Assembly (NCBI GenBank): GCA_963675785.1 | Contig: OY776562.1 | Location: forward strand, 74,516-138,515 | Direction: 5' to 3' | Origin: Anaerolineae bacterium | GTDB taxonomy: Bacteria > Chloroflexota > Anaerolineae > UBA1429 | Length of the DNA stretch: 64,000 nucleotides | Part shown: piece by piece, positions 30,150 through 42,307 of the stretch | Numbering within the stretch: position 1 is the first letter of the stretch | How the letters are laid out: each line of letters opens with the position of its first letter | The notes under the pieces: model-generated | What the model was told of the DNA's origin: nothing | Databases searched by the model: none | The model's input: the letters and a program-made list of their open reading frames with translations, nothing else | Translations under genes and position numbers: made by a program

Positions 30150-31100
30150 ATGGGTCGATATATAATGCGTCGTGTCTTGGACATGATCCCAGTGCTCCTC
30201 TTTATTTCCATCATTACTTTTGCACTGGTTCATGCTGTTCCCGGTGGTCCTTTTGACCGCGAAAAACCTCTGCCTGCAGAGATTCAGGCCAACCTCAACA
30301 AGTATTATGGGCTCGACCAACCCCTTTGGAAGCAATACACCGACTATATGGGCTTTACACGGAATCCGTCGGGTGAGTTTTCGGGCATCATCCAGGGTAA
30401 TTTTGGCCCTTCCTACACTTCGCGTACTCGCGGAGTGAACGAGATTTTTGCTGACCACCTACCAATCTCTGCGCAGTTAGGTTTTTGGGCTCTTGTTGTA
30501 GCCCTGGGCATCGGTATTCCTCTGGGTGTACTTGCAGCTCTTAAGCAGAACACTTGGATTGACTATCTCTCAATGGGCATTTCAATTTTTGGTGTCTCGG
30601 TACCGAGTGTAGTTTTGGGCCCTTTGTTCATCATGATTTTTGCACTTGGCCTAAAGTGGCTACCTGTGGCTGGTTGGGGTGAGAGCTGGACCCAAGTCAT
30701 CATGCCTTCAGTCGTTCTGGGCCTTGGTAACTCTGCCTTAATTGCCCGATTGACACGTGCTAGCATGCTTCAAGTGATTCGCGAGGATTATATCCGCACT
30801 GCTCGCGCCAAGGGCTTGAGTGAGAAGATTGTTGTAGTACGTCACGCAATGAAAAATGCTTTTATCCCTGTGGCTACTATTCTCGGCCCCATGTTTGCGG
30901 CTTTGTTAACTGGCACCCTTGTCATTGAACAGATTTTTGCTATTCCGGGTATGGGCAAATACTTTATCACGAGTATTACGCAGCGTGATTACCCCGTTGT
31001 AATGGGTACTACGTTGCTTTATGCCATATTCCTGGTTATCGCTAACTTGTTTGTTGACATTACCTATGCTTTCTTGGATCCACGAATTGAGTACAGCTAG
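30150..31100 (+). CDS. ABC transporter permease (DppB/OppB-like)
   Basis: Six TM segments, N-terminal RRVL...IPVLL, and the EAA-like loop. Confidence 0.85.
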   Translation: MGRYIMRRVLDMIPVLLFISIITFALVHAVPGGPFDREKPLPAEIQANLNKYYGLDQPLWKQYTDYMGFTRNPSGEFSGIIQGNFGPSYTSRTRGVNEIFADHLPISAQLGFWALVVALGIGIPLGVLAALKQNTWIDYLSMGISIFGVSVPSVVLGPLFIMIFALGLKWLPVAGWGESWTQVIMPSVVLGLGNSALIARLTRASMLQVIREDYIRTARAKGLSEKIVVVRHAMKNAFIPVATILGPMFAALLTGTLVIEQIFAIPGMGKYFITSITQRDYPVVMGTTLLYAIFLVIANLFVDITYAFLDPRIEYS

Positions 31101-31114
31101 GGAGGCTGGAACAT

Positions 31115-32179
31115 ATGACTCGTCAAGAACGAGCGGCAAAAAAGCTAGCCTCTGGAGCTGACGCCGCAACTGGAACTACACAAAAACCTGACAGCTTGTG
31201 GGCAGATGCCTTTCGACGTTTGGCAAAGAACCGTGCTGCTATAGTCGGCTTGGTTATCATCGTGCTCATGGTGTTGGTTGCTATCTTTGCGCCTCTTGTT
31301 GCACCTTATAGCTATACCAACGGCGACTCTGCTGAAGCTCGCATGGTGCCTCTGTGGCTAGCGCACCTTATGCCGGGCAACATGGAAGATTATGCTCAGA
31401 TCGGCGACAAGTTTCCTATCGGATCGGATTATCTGGGGCGTGATTTGCTTTCCCGCGTTATCTACGGGGCTCGTGTTTCGCTGCCTGTTGGCTTTATGGG
31501 GGCCTTTATCGCTCTTGTGATTGGTCTCGTGTATGGCTCCATTTCGGGCTACTATGGTGGTAAGGTAGATAACTTTATGATGCGCATTGTAGACATCATG
31601 TATGCCTTCCCCACCATGCTGCTCATCATTTTGCTCATGGCCTTTTTCAAAACAAGTTTTGGTGGAGAAGCCGACCCTGGCTCTGCTGCAGCCGTGTTCA
31701 ATGCTATCAATAATGCTGTGGACTCTTTCCTTGGTTTGAACGGCGGTGGTATGCTCTTTATCTTTATGGGCATTGGTATCACTGCATGGATGGGCACAGC
31801 ACGACTTGCCCGTGGCCAGATTCTCTCGTTGAAGCAAAAAGAGTTTATCGAGGCTTCACGTATGATCGGTGCCCGGGATGGACGCATTATCGTGCGCCAT
31901 GTTTTGCCTAACATCATTGGGCCAATCCTTGTTAGTGTTACTCTTGCTATTCCTGGCTTTATCAACACTGAGGTCTTTCTATCCTTCATCGGTCTTGGTG
32001 TGGATGCTCCAACGCCGAGCTGGGGTTCCATGATCTCTGATGGCGCCAAGTCTTTGCGTTCGTATCCTCATGAGGTCCTTGCCCCGGCTCTTGCCTTGGC
32101 AGTTCTCATGTTTGCCTTTAACTTTTTGGGTGATGGCCTGCGCGATGCTCTTGATCCGCGTATGAAGGGCACTTCGTAA
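31115..32179 (+). CDS. ABC transporter permease (DppC/OppC-like)
   Basis: N-terminal DUF/OppC_N-like region followed by a BPD_transp_1 core. Confidence 0.85.
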   Translation: MTRQERAAKKLASGADAATGTTQKPDSLWADAFRRLAKNRAAIVGLVIIVLMVLVAIFAPLVAPYSYTNGDSAEARMVPLWLAHLMPGNMEDYAQIGDKFPIGSDYLGRDLLSRVIYGARVSLPVGFMGAFIALVIGLVYGSISGYYGGKVDNFMMRIVDIMYAFPTMLLIILLMAFFKTSFGGEADPGSAAAVFNAINNAVDSFLGLNGGGMLFIFMGIGITAWMGTARLARGQILSLKQKEFIEASRMIGARDGRIIVRHVLPNIIGPILVSVTLAIPGFINTEVFLSFIGLGVDAPTPSWGSMISDGAKSLRSYPHEVLAPALALAVLMFAFNFLGDGLRDALDPRMKGTS

Positions 32180-32190
32180 AGGCTGGATAA

Positions 32191-33831
32191 TTGATGGTGT
32201 CATCGGGTAGCAGCAAACAGAGTATTTTAAAGCTTGTACTCACACTGGGGTTATTGGTAGGTTCTCTGTCCGGCTGCGGACTGGACGGTTTGTTGTCGCT
32301 ACCCGATGATGGCACTGAACAGAATACCGTAACTTCTGATGCTACGCTTCGTGTGTATGGGAGTCTTCCCCCTACGTTGGATCCGGCGATGGCTCAGGAT
32401 GCTACTTCGGCTGAGTATATTGTTCATCTGTTCAGTGGCCTTGTTCGCTTGAACGCGGATATGGAAGTGGTGGCTGATCTTGCTTCTGAATGGTCGTTGA
32501 ATGATGCGGGTGATGTCTATACTTTTACAATTCGAGATGATGCCTGTTTCGCCGATGGTCGTTCAATAACGGCAGAGGACATCTTGTACTCTTGGGAACG
32601 TGCTCTTTCACCAGAGCTTGCTTCGCCTGTAGCTCTCAGCTATCTGGGAGATATCCGCGGTGCTGTGGAATATGCTACTGGCGCCTCCGCGGAGGTAAGT
32701 GGGATCTATGTTACCGGAACCCACGAATTGCGTGTCGAACTCAACGAGCCGCGTTCTAGTTTTATCTCTTGTCTCACGTATCCTGTCGCTTTTGTGGTGG
32801 ACAGTGAGCAAATCGAGAGTGAGGGCGCTCGGTGGTTTGTGGATCCCAATGGTAGTGGACCCTTTGTACTGGAAAGCATTTCTGCAGAAAAGCTAATTCT
32901 TGAACGTAACGGGAATTATTACGGTCCGGAAGTAAGCTTGGATCATGTCGAGTATCTGGTCGGTAGCGGTTATCCTGTCACGCAATATGAGACTGGCGAG
33001 TTGGACATTGTACCGATACCGGCCGATGAGTTGGAACGGTTACTTGACCCGGCGAATGACCTCTCGGATCAAGTAGTTGGTTCAGCAAGCCTGGATATCC
33101 AGTATATTGGGCTCAATGTCGAGAAGGCTCCTTTCGACGATCCTCTGGTAAGGCAAGCCTTTACTGAGGCTATCGATCGTGAGCGAATTGCGGAACAGAT
33201 TCTCAAGGGGATAGGGGTTGAGGCACTGGGAATTTTGCCTCCAGGCCTATCGGATTATAACGAGAATCTGCAGAGTATTCCTTATGATCCTGAGCATGCC
33301 CGTGAGCTTCTTGAGATGTCGAGTTATGGAGGTGCCGAAGGGTTACCGCCCATTGTTCTTGCCGAAAGCGGCACGAGTGGATACCTTGACGATATTGCTG
33401 CTGCCGTGATCGAACTACTTGAAGAAAACCTTTCAATTGAGGTTACAGTGGAACAGGTCGAGTGGAGCGATTTTTTAGACGATCTCACCGAGATGCGCTA
33501 TCAAATGTACTTTACAGGTTGGATCGCAGATTATCCAGATGCTGATAATTTTCTCGATTTGTTGTTCTATTCAAGCAGTAGCCGGAATCACACGGGATAT
33601 GCAAATACCGAGGTGGATTCACTCCTTGATGCGGCTCGATCCGAACAAGATGCCAATGTTCGGCGTGGCCTATATCAAGCGGTAGAGCAGATTATTGTAG
33701 ATGATGCAGCATGGATCCCTCTCTATCACAGTTATAACTATTACCTTGTTAGCCCTCGCGTAAAAGGTTATCAGGGACAAGCAGTAGTTTATCCGTGGTT
33801 GATGGATATTGAACTGGCGGATGCCAGTTAG
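32191..33831 (+). CDS. Second family-5 ABC substrate-binding lipoprotein
   Basis: Lipobox LSGCG; SBP_bac_5 pattern; 546 aa. Confidence 0.8.
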   Translation: MMVSSGSSKQSILKLVLTLGLLVGSLSGCGLDGLLSLPDDGTEQNTVTSDATLRVYGSLPPTLDPAMAQDATSAEYIVHLFSGLVRLNADMEVVADLASEWSLNDAGDVYTFTIRDDACFADGRSITAEDILYSWERALSPELASPVALSYLGDIRGAVEYATGASAEVSGIYVTGTHELRVELNEPRSSFISCLTYPVAFVVDSEQIESEGARWFVDPNGSGPFVLESISAEKLILERNGNYYGPEVSLDHVEYLVGSGYPVTQYETGELDIVPIPADELERLLDPANDLSDQVVGSASLDIQYIGLNVEKAPFDDPLVRQAFTEAIDRERIAEQILKGIGVEALGILPPGLSDYNENLQSIPYDPEHARELLEMSSYGGAEGLPPIVLAESGTSGYLDDIAAAVIELLEENLSIEVTVEQVEWSDFLDDLTEMRYQMYFTGWIADYPDADNFLDLLFYSSSSRNHTGYANTEVDSLLDAARSEQDANVRRGLYQAVEQIIVDDAAWIPLYHSYNYYLVSPRVKGYQGQAVVYPWLMDIELADAS

Positions 33832-33859
33832 ATTTTGATAATGACGCTGGGAGGCATGA

Positions 33860-34828
33860 ATGGCACCATTGCTTCAGGTAAAAGACCTGCGAACAGAGTT
33901 TCACACTCAAGATGGAGTGGTGAACGCCGTGAACGGGGTCGGATTTGATCTCGGGGAAGGCGAGACACTCGGCGTAGTTGGCGAGAGCGGTTGTGGCAAG
34001 AGCGTCACCATGCTCTCTATCATGCGTCTGGTGCCCAGTCCTCCTGGCGAAATTGTGGGCGGTCAAGTTCTCTTTGAGGGGCAAGATCTGCTCAAACTCA
34101 AAGATGAAGAGATGCGCAAGATTCGAGGGCATCGAATGGCCATGATTTTTCAGGACCCCATGACTTCACTCAATCCCGTGCTTACTATTGGCCGACAGTT
34201 GGGTGAGGCTCTGGAATTGCATCTTGGTATGGATAAGGATCAGGCTCGTGAGCGCTCGATTGAGCTGCTAGAGATGGTCAATATTCCTGAGGCAAGAGGG
34301 CGTATTGACAGCTATCCCCACCAGTTTTCGGGTGGTATGCGTCAGCGCGTGATGATTGCCATGGCTCTTTCTTGTAATCCGCAGCTCTTGATTGCTGATG
34401 AGCCAACAACAGCCCTCGATGTGACCATTCAGGCCCAGATTGTCGATATCATCAAAGATCTGCGTAAAGAACTGGGTATGGCCATTATCTGGATCACCCA
34501 CGATCTTGGTATTGTCGCGGGGCTTGTGGATAGGGTTCAGGTTATGTATGCAGGCACTGTTGTAGAACGCGCTGCGGTCAAAGAGTTTTACGCTCATCCC
34601 AAGCATCCATATTCGCTGGGCCTTCTCAACTCTTTGCCTCGACTTGATGCGGACACACATCAACGGCTTGAGCCGATCAAGGGTCTTCCCCCTGACTTGC
34701 TGCATTTGCCAGTGGGATGCCCCTATTATGATCGTTGCGATTACCGTTTGCCCAAGTGCCTGGAAGAGCGCCCTCAGCTTCGTGAGGTGAGTACTGATCA
34801 TGTAATCGCTTGCTGGGTGGACGTATAG
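33860..34828 (+). CDS. ABC transporter ATP-binding protein (DppD/OppD-like)
   Basis: Walker A GESGCGKS, signature [15 protein letters not shown], Walker [13 protein letters not shown], and a C-terminal oligopeptide-ABC extension. Confidence 0.9.
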   Translation: MAPLLQVKDLRTEFHTQDGVVNAVNGVGFDLGEGETLGVVGESGCGKSVTMLSIMRLVPSPPGEIVGGQVLFEGQDLLKLKDEEMRKIRGHRMAMIFQDPMTSLNPVLTIGRQLGEALELHLGMDKDQARERSIELLEMVNIPEARGRIDSYPHQFSGGMRQRVMIAMALSCNPQLLIADEPTTALDVTIQAQIVDIIKDLRKELGMAIIWITHDLGIVAGLVDRVQVMYAGTVVERAAVKEFYAHPKHPYSLGLLNSLPRLDADTHQRLEPIKGLPPDLLHLPVGCPYYDRCDYRLPKCLEERPQLREVSTDHVIACWVDV

Positions 34829-34842
34829 AGGAGACCAGATAT

Positions 34843-35829
34843 ATGAGCGCGACTGACAACATTTTGCTTGAGGTTGAAGGCCTCAAGATGTACTTTCCAA
34901 TTACCCAAGGCATTGTTTTCCAGCGGCATGTGGGCGACATCAAGGCTGTGGATGGACTTAATTTTTTTATCAAGCAAGGTGAGACTCTGGGCCTTGTGGG
35001 CGAAAGCGGTTGTGGCAAATCAACCACGGGTCGTGCCATCCTTCAACTCTACCAACCAACTGCGGGCTCGGTTCGCTTGAAGGGTGAAGATCTGGTGACG
35101 CTCAAGGGCGAAGATCTTCGCAAAAAGCGTCGCGAGATGCAGATGATTTTTCAGGATCCCTATGCATCTTTGAATCCGCGTATGACTGTTGGTGGCATTG
35201 TTGGTGAGCCTCTTGAAGTACACAACCTTATGCCCGCCAACGAACGGCGTGCACGCGTTCAGGAGCTGCTCGAGATCGTGGGGCTGAACCCCTACTTTGT
35301 CAATCGCTATCCCCACGAGTTTTCGGGCGGTCAGCGGCAGCGGATTGGTGTGGCTCGCGCTTTGGCGGTCCAACCCGAATTTATCGTTTGCGATGAGCCT
35401 ATCTCAGCTTTGGATGTTTCTATCCAGGCGCAGATCATCAACCTGCTCGAAGACCTGCAGGATCAGTTTGGCCTGACGTATCTGTTCATCGCCCATGACT
35501 TGTCTGTGGTGCGTCATATTAGCGATCGTATCGCGGTGATGTACCTTGGTAGGTTGGTTGAGTTGGCGGATCGCGCAGATCTCTATTTGAGCCCACTACA
35601 TCCTTATACGCAGGCGCTACTCTCGGCTGTGCCTATCCCGGATCCGGTCATTGAGGAATCGCGACAGCGCATTATTCTTCAAGGTGATGTGCCCAGTCCG
35701 GCCAATCCCCCCAGTGGGTGTAATTTCCGAACACGCTGTCCGGTGGCGATGGAAATTTGTGCTGAAAAAGAACCCGAGTGGTCCGAAGTTAAACCTGGTC
35801 ACTGGTGTGCTTGTCACCGCGTCAAATAA
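34843..35829 (+). CDS. ABC transporter ATP-binding protein (DppF/OppF-like)
   Basis: Walker [10 protein letters not shown], signature [15 protein letters not shown], Walker [13 protein letters not shown]. Start at ATG 34843. Confidence 0.9.
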   Translation: MSATDNILLEVEGLKMYFPITQGIVFQRHVGDIKAVDGLNFFIKQGETLGLVGESGCGKSTTGRAILQLYQPTAGSVRLKGEDLVTLKGEDLRKKRREMQMIFQDPYASLNPRMTVGGIVGEPLEVHNLMPANERRARVQELLEIVGLNPYFVNRYPHEFSGGQRQRIGVARALAVQPEFIVCDEPISALDVSIQAQIINLLEDLQDQFGLTYLFIAHDLSVVRHISDRIAVMYLGRLVELADRADLYLSPLHPYTQALLSAVPIPDPVIEESRQRIILQGDVPSPANPPSGCNFRTRCPVAMEICAEKEPEWSEVKPGHWCACHRVK

Positions 35830-35842
35830 TCGCATCAACAGA

Positions 35843-35873
35843 AAAGGGCATCTCACAGGAGATGCCCTTTTTT
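35843..35873. terminator. Bidirectional intrinsic terminator (AAAGGGCATCTC-ACAG-GAGATGCCCTTT with U-tracts on both strands)
   Basis: Perfect 12-bp arms read from the sequence between convergent operons. Confidence 0.65.
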
Positions 35874-35883
35874 ACTAGTGCCC

Positions 35884-36231
35884 TTATTCCTTGGTTTTAT
35901 CCTGTTCAAAAAGACGAATCAGCACAAAGACCAAGATAACCGATAACCCACCTAGCACCAAGCCACGTGCTAACTTGTGTTTGGCAACGGCTTTGTAGTC
36001 AAAAGTAATCTGTGAACGCTGATTTTCTGCTGCAACGCGCAAATTGGCCTCAAGTTTCTCTCGAAAGGCATCAGGAGCGGTACCAGCGATTTTGACCTGA
36101 CCTTGTATTGCATCTTCGACAGGCCCCAAATCGCGTGGGCGTAGAATACCGGCCTTTTCAAGCCGTACGCGTGCTTTGTTGTGTAAGGATTCTAGTTTGG
36201 TGGAAGCAGGCCGATTCTTGAATTCTTGCAT
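35884..36231 (-). CDS. Tail-anchored membrane protein translationally coupled to the ECF sigma factor (candidate anti-sigma factor)
   Basis: 115 aa with a single C-terminal TM (LVLGGLSVILVFVLI). Its start overlaps the sigma-factor stop. It has no zinc anti-sigma HxxxCxxC motif. Confidence 0.4.
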   Translation of the reverse strand: MQEFKNRPASTKLESLHNKARVRLEKAGILRPRDLGPVEDAIQGQVKIAGTAPDAFREKLEANLRVAAENQRSQITFDYKAVAKHKLARGLVLGGLSVILVFVLIRLFEQDKTKE

Positions 36232-36797
36232 CAGAGATCAAGCCCTCTCTTTATCATGCTCTTGCGCAGAGCAAGGAGCGTGCGGTGGTAGAGCGATTTG
36301 ATCGCCCCTTCGGATTTGCCCATAATCTCGCCTATCTCTGCGTTGCTGAATCCCTCGATAAACTTGAGAAAGATTAACTCTTGGCGTCGGGCATCTAGTT
36401 CTTGTATGGCTTCATTTAAATACTCGTTGTCATCATCAATTAACGTAATTGTCTCTGGCCGGGTTTCATGTCGATCGGGCAGAATGAGGGCATCGATAGA
36501 TACCGTTGGGCGGCGCTTGTGATCACGGTGCCAGTTCGAGAGAAGATTATGCGCAATGCGATATAGCCAAGCCGAAAAAGGATAGCCCTTATCTTCATAG
36601 CTTTGAATGTGTGAGAGGGCCCTAAAGAATGTACGGGATGTGATATCCTCGGCATCATGCACGTTGCCGACGCGGTGATAAATATACCGATAGATGCGAT
36701 CCACATAGAGGGCGTAAAGCTCGCCAAAAGCATCGGGATCTTGTTGCGCTCTTGAGACAAGCTCTCGCTCGTCAGTTGTGTTTTCCTCGATGCCCAT
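36231..36797 (-). CDS. ECF-type sigma-70 family RNA polymerase sigma factor
   Basis: Region 2 (YRYIYHRVGNVHDAEDITSRTFFRA) and region 4 (FIEGFSNAEIGEIMGKSEGAIKSLYHRTLLALR). Confidence 0.8.
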   Translation of the reverse strand: MGIEENTTDERELVSRAQQDPDAFGELYALYVDRIYRYIYHRVGNVHDAEDITSRTFFRALSHIQSYEDKGYPFSAWLYRIAHNLLSNWHRDHKRRPTVSIDALILPDRHETRPETITLIDDDNEYLNEAIQELDARRQELIFLKFIEGFSNAEIGEIMGKSEGAIKSLYHRTLLALRKSMIKRGLDL

Positions 36798-36999
36798 GGC
36801 AGAATACCCTTCTCTCTCTGAAAACCCGCAAGGCTGCTAAAAGTTGCATCACTCTGCGAATCACGCATAGTCTATCAAAACCAAGAGGTTGCTCCAAGTT
36901 TTGGGGTACGGATTCTGGCTGGCAACGTTGACATATGCTATTAGCGTGTCTTATAATGGCGCCAGTACTCTGGGGACATGAGGCAAAGGAGGCGCTTGG

Positions 37000-37530
37000 A
37001 TGTCGCCCAATCAAAAACAAGATCTTTGGCCAAAGTGGATGTGGATTGCTGCGCCTGTTCTGGTCGTTGTGGTTACAGTCGGGCTTTGGTGGGCCATCAT
37101 CCCGCGTGACTCTGACGGCGCGGATGTAGATCCTACTGCCACAGCGCAGGCTTTGGCAGATCAGCCAACGCAAGCACCAACACTTGTCAGCACGCTTTCG
37201 GCATTGCCGACGACAACTGCAGATGTTCCTGTGCTGCCGACTGTTGGTTCCCCAAGTGCTGAGGCTGCTGCCACACCTTCTGCTGCGCCGACCGTAGATG
37301 CAGGTATCGTGATCGGTGATGATGTTGAGGTGTCTGGCACCAGTGGTGTTCTGAACATGCGCGATGGCGCTGGCACCAGCTATTCGGTGGTTGGTACCCT
37401 TTCGGAGGGGGCCATAGTCGAAGTAGTTGGCGGTCCGCAAACGGCTGACGGCTATACCTGGTTCCAGGTTCGTACAGATGATGGTACGGTTGGCTGGGCT
37501 GCCGACGATTGGCTGGAAGAAGTCAAGTAG
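37000..37530 (+). CDS. Membrane-anchored bacterial SH3 (SH3b) domain protein
   Basis: N-terminal TM (IAAPVLVVVVTVGLWWAII), a low-complexity Ala/Thr/Pro linker, and a C-terminal SH3b-like region (GVLNMRDGAGTSYSVVGTLSEGAIVEVVGGPQTADGYTWFQV). The antisense ORF 36772..37440 is rejected. Confidence 0.55.
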   Translation: MSPNQKQDLWPKWMWIAAPVLVVVVTVGLWWAIIPRDSDGADVDPTATAQALADQPTQAPTLVSTLSALPTTTADVPVLPTVGSPSAEAAATPSAAPTVDAGIVIGDDVEVSGTSGVLNMRDGAGTSYSVVGTLSEGAIVEVVGGPQTADGYTWFQVRTDDGTVGWAADDWLEEVK

Positions 37531-37546
37531 GAGAACCGCTAGTAAA

Positions 37547-37579
37547 AGAGCGGAGATACACTATCTCCGCTCTTTTTTG
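37547..37579 (+). terminator. Intrinsic terminator (AGAGCGGAGATA / TATCTCCGCTCT + TTTTT)
   Basis: Perfect 12-bp inverted repeat plus T-run read from the sequence downstream of the SH3b gene. Confidence 0.55.
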
Positions 37580-37626
37580 TTGTCCATTGCGCAGAGGGGG
37601 CGCTCTGCTAGAATGTATATAAATAG

Positions 37627-39711
<2,085 letters not shown>

Positions 39712-39718
39712 GGCGGCA

Positions 39719-42307
39719 ATGGAACTAGAGCATTTATCGGATCGCAATAGTGCTGTTACGAGCATCCTGGCAGAGCTACTCGAGGATTCGCAGTATGCAA
39801 AACAGGTTGCGGCCCATGCCGTGATTCCTGCACGTGTGGCGAGATATGGACCTTGGCCTGAAGGCTTGGATGAGTGCATTATTGCTATGCTCGCGCGAGA
39901 GGGGTTCAATGCTCTTTACAGCCACCAGGCTCAAGCTGTAGAGACGGCGCTGCGGGGCGAAAACGTGGCTGTGGTGACGCCTACGGCTTCGGGCAAGTCG
40001 CTATGTTATGATTTGCCGATCTATCAGGCATTGCTGCATGAGCCGGGGGCCGCTGCACTTTTCCTATTCCCTACCAAGGCACTAGCACATGATCAGTTGG
40101 ATACGCTGAATCGTGAGATGGGTATGCTAGGCCTGAGCAATCAGGTTGACGCCTATGACGGTGATACGCCCACGTCCAGACGCACAGCGATACGTGAGAA
40201 TTGTCGGGTTATTGTTTCCAATCCCGATATGCTGCATGCCTCTATCCTGCCCTCGCACCCGCGCTGGCAGCGTTTTTTCTCCGGTCTTTGCTATGTGGTC
40301 ATCGACGAGATGCACCAATATCGTGGTGTGTTTGGCAGCCATGTGGCCAATGTCATTCGTCGTCTCAAGCGGCTGGCGGCTTTTTATGGCAGCAATCCAC
40401 AGTTCTTGTTGGCCTCGGCTACTATTGCCAATCCGCAGGAACTAGCCGAGACGCTCGTGGGGCAGCGGGTTACCGTGATTTCGGAAAACGGCGCGCCCTC
40501 GGGCGAAAAGCACCTCATCTTCTACAACCCCCCGGTCATTGATGCAGCTCTGGGCATTCGCCGCTCGTATACGTTCGATGTGGCTTCTATTGCCCAGCGG
40601 GCACTGGTGGCAGGTGTGCAGAGCATTGTTTTTACCCGCTCGCGCCTGGTAACAGAGTTGTTGCTGCGTGTGCTGCGAGAGAATGCGCCGATTGGGACTC
40701 GGGCCGATGGGGTTATCGCCGGATACCGCGGTGGTTACCTTCCTGTAGAGCGCCGCGCCATAGAAAAGGGCTTGCGTGAGGGAGCGATTCGGGCTGTAGT
40801 GGGAACCAATGCCCTGGAATTGGGCGTTGATATTGGGGGACTAGATGTGGCCATTATGAGTGGCTATCCCGGCTCTATTGCTAGTACCTGGCAACAAGCC
40901 GGACGTGCTGGTCGCGGACAGGCTCCCAGTGTGGCCGTACTCGTGGCTTCGCCAGATCCCTTGGATCAATACATCGTCAGACACCCCGAGTATGTGACGG
41001 GGAGTTCGCCAGAGCGTGCTCTGATCGATCCCAATAACGTTTATTTGTTATTGCAGCATCTGAAATGTGCCTTGTTTGAGCTTCCGCTTGAGCAGGATGA
41101 TGCTCCCAACGGATCGGCGGTACGTCAGGTGCTTGATTATTTGGTAGAAGAAGGCTGGGCCTCTAGGCGCAATGGCCGCTGGCATTGGGCAGGCACAGGG
41201 CATCCACCATCGGATATCTCACTGCGCACCAGCCAACCAGACATCGCTACTGTGGTGGCGCAGGACGAGACGGGCAAAAGCGTAACCATTGGCCAGTGCG
41301 ATTGGGCTAGCGTGCCCAGGCTTTTGCACGAGGGTGCGATTTATATGCACTCTGGGCAGCAATATTTGGTTGAGCATTTGGATTGGGAGCAGGGATTAGC
41401 CGAGACGCGTCTTGTCGAGATGGATTATTACACGCGAGCTTCCAGCAACACCAAGCTCTTGGTTCAAGAGGTTTGGACAGAGACGCCGTATACTGGCATG
41501 TTGCTGGGTTATGGACAAGTTAGCGTGACCTCGCAGGTGACAGGATATCGGCGCATCCGCTTGGATACCAACGAAACCTTGGGTTGGGGTGAGATAGATT
41601 TGCCGCCACAGACCATGATGACGACGGCTACCTGGTGTGAGTTGTCTGCTGAGCTGATCCAGCAACTCGTTTTGCAGGGCGTTGATCAAGTGATCACTCT
41701 GGGCTCTCGCGGCCCAAATTGGCCCACCCAGCGAGAGGCTGCTCGCCAGCGCGATGGCTTTTGTTGCGTGCGTTGTGGCGCACCAGAGCAACCTGAGAGG
41801 CCGCATCACGTACATCATTTGGTACCGTTTCGCGAGTTTCATTGGGTTCCGGGGCATAACCAGAATTATGCACGGGCCAACGATCTGGATAATCTGATTA
41901 CCCTCTGTCCTGATTGTCATCGTGAAGCCGAAAAAGTTGTGGTTGCCCGCAGTGCTTTGGCTGGGCTGGGGCGTGTATTAAATAATTTGGTGCCACTGTT
42001 TGCCATGTGTGACCGGAACGATGTGGGCATTCTTACTGAGGGCGCTGTTTTGGGAGCGACTCGACCGCGTCTCTACATCTATGACGAGATCCCGGCTGGT
42101 GTAGGCCTGGCCGAACGCGTAATGCAGGTCTTTGTGGAATTGATGGATGCGGCTGCCGAGTTGGTGGCGAACTGTGGTTGCGAAGCAGGCTGTCCATCTT
42201 GTGTTGGCCCGGTAGAAACATCTGGTGCAGAGACCAAGCGCCAGGTTGTATTGCTAGCGCAGGCCCTTGGTAGAGCCATGCGTGTGGAATTCGAGAAGGA
42301 AAATTAA
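39719..42307 (+). CDS. MrfA/YprA-like SF2 DEXH helicase with a DUF1998-type C-terminal domain that contains an HNH nuclease-like motif
   Basis: N-terminal GFNALYSHQ, Walker A TPTASGKSL, DEMH box, and helicase-C motifs (QQAGRAGRG). The C-terminal region reads CVRCG...HHVHHLVP...N...NDLDNLITLCPDCH, then CGCEAGCPSCV. Start at ATG 39719, 7 nt after the ligA stop. Confidence 0.8.
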   Translation: MELEHLSDRNSAVTSILAELLEDSQYAKQVAAHAVIPARVARYGPWPEGLDECIIAMLAREGFNALYSHQAQAVETALRGENVAVVTPTASGKSLCYDLPIYQALLHEPGAAALFLFPTKALAHDQLDTLNREMGMLGLSNQVDAYDGDTPTSRRTAIRENCRVIVSNPDMLHASILPSHPRWQRFFSGLCYVVIDEMHQYRGVFGSHVANVIRRLKRLAAFYGSNPQFLLASATIANPQELAETLVGQRVTVISENGAPSGEKHLIFYNPPVIDAALGIRRSYTFDVASIAQRALVAGVQSIVFTRSRLVTELLLRVLRENAPIGTRADGVIAGYRGGYLPVERRAIEKGLREGAIRAVVGTNALELGVDIGGLDVAIMSGYPGSIASTWQQAGRAGRGQAPSVAVLVASPDPLDQYIVRHPEYVTGSSPERALIDPNNVYLLLQHLKCALFELPLEQDDAPNGSAVRQVLDYLVEEGWASRRNGRWHWAGTGHPPSDISLRTSQPDIATVVAQDETGKSVTIGQCDWASVPRLLHEGAIYMHSGQQYLVEHLDWEQGLAETRLVEMDYYTRASSNTKLLVQEVWTETPYTGMLLGYGQVSVTSQVTGYRRIRLDTNETLGWGEIDLPPQTMMTTATWCELSAELIQQLVLQGVDQVITLGSRGPNWPTQREAARQRDGFCCVRCGAPEQPERPHHVHHLVPFREFHWVPGHNQNYARANDLDNLITLCPDCHREAEKVVVARSALAGLGRVLNNLVPLFAMCDRNDVGILTEGAVLGATRPRLYIYDEIPAGVGLAERVMQVFVELMDAAAELVANCGCEAGCPSCVGPVETSGAETKRQVVLLAQALGRAMRVEFEKEN

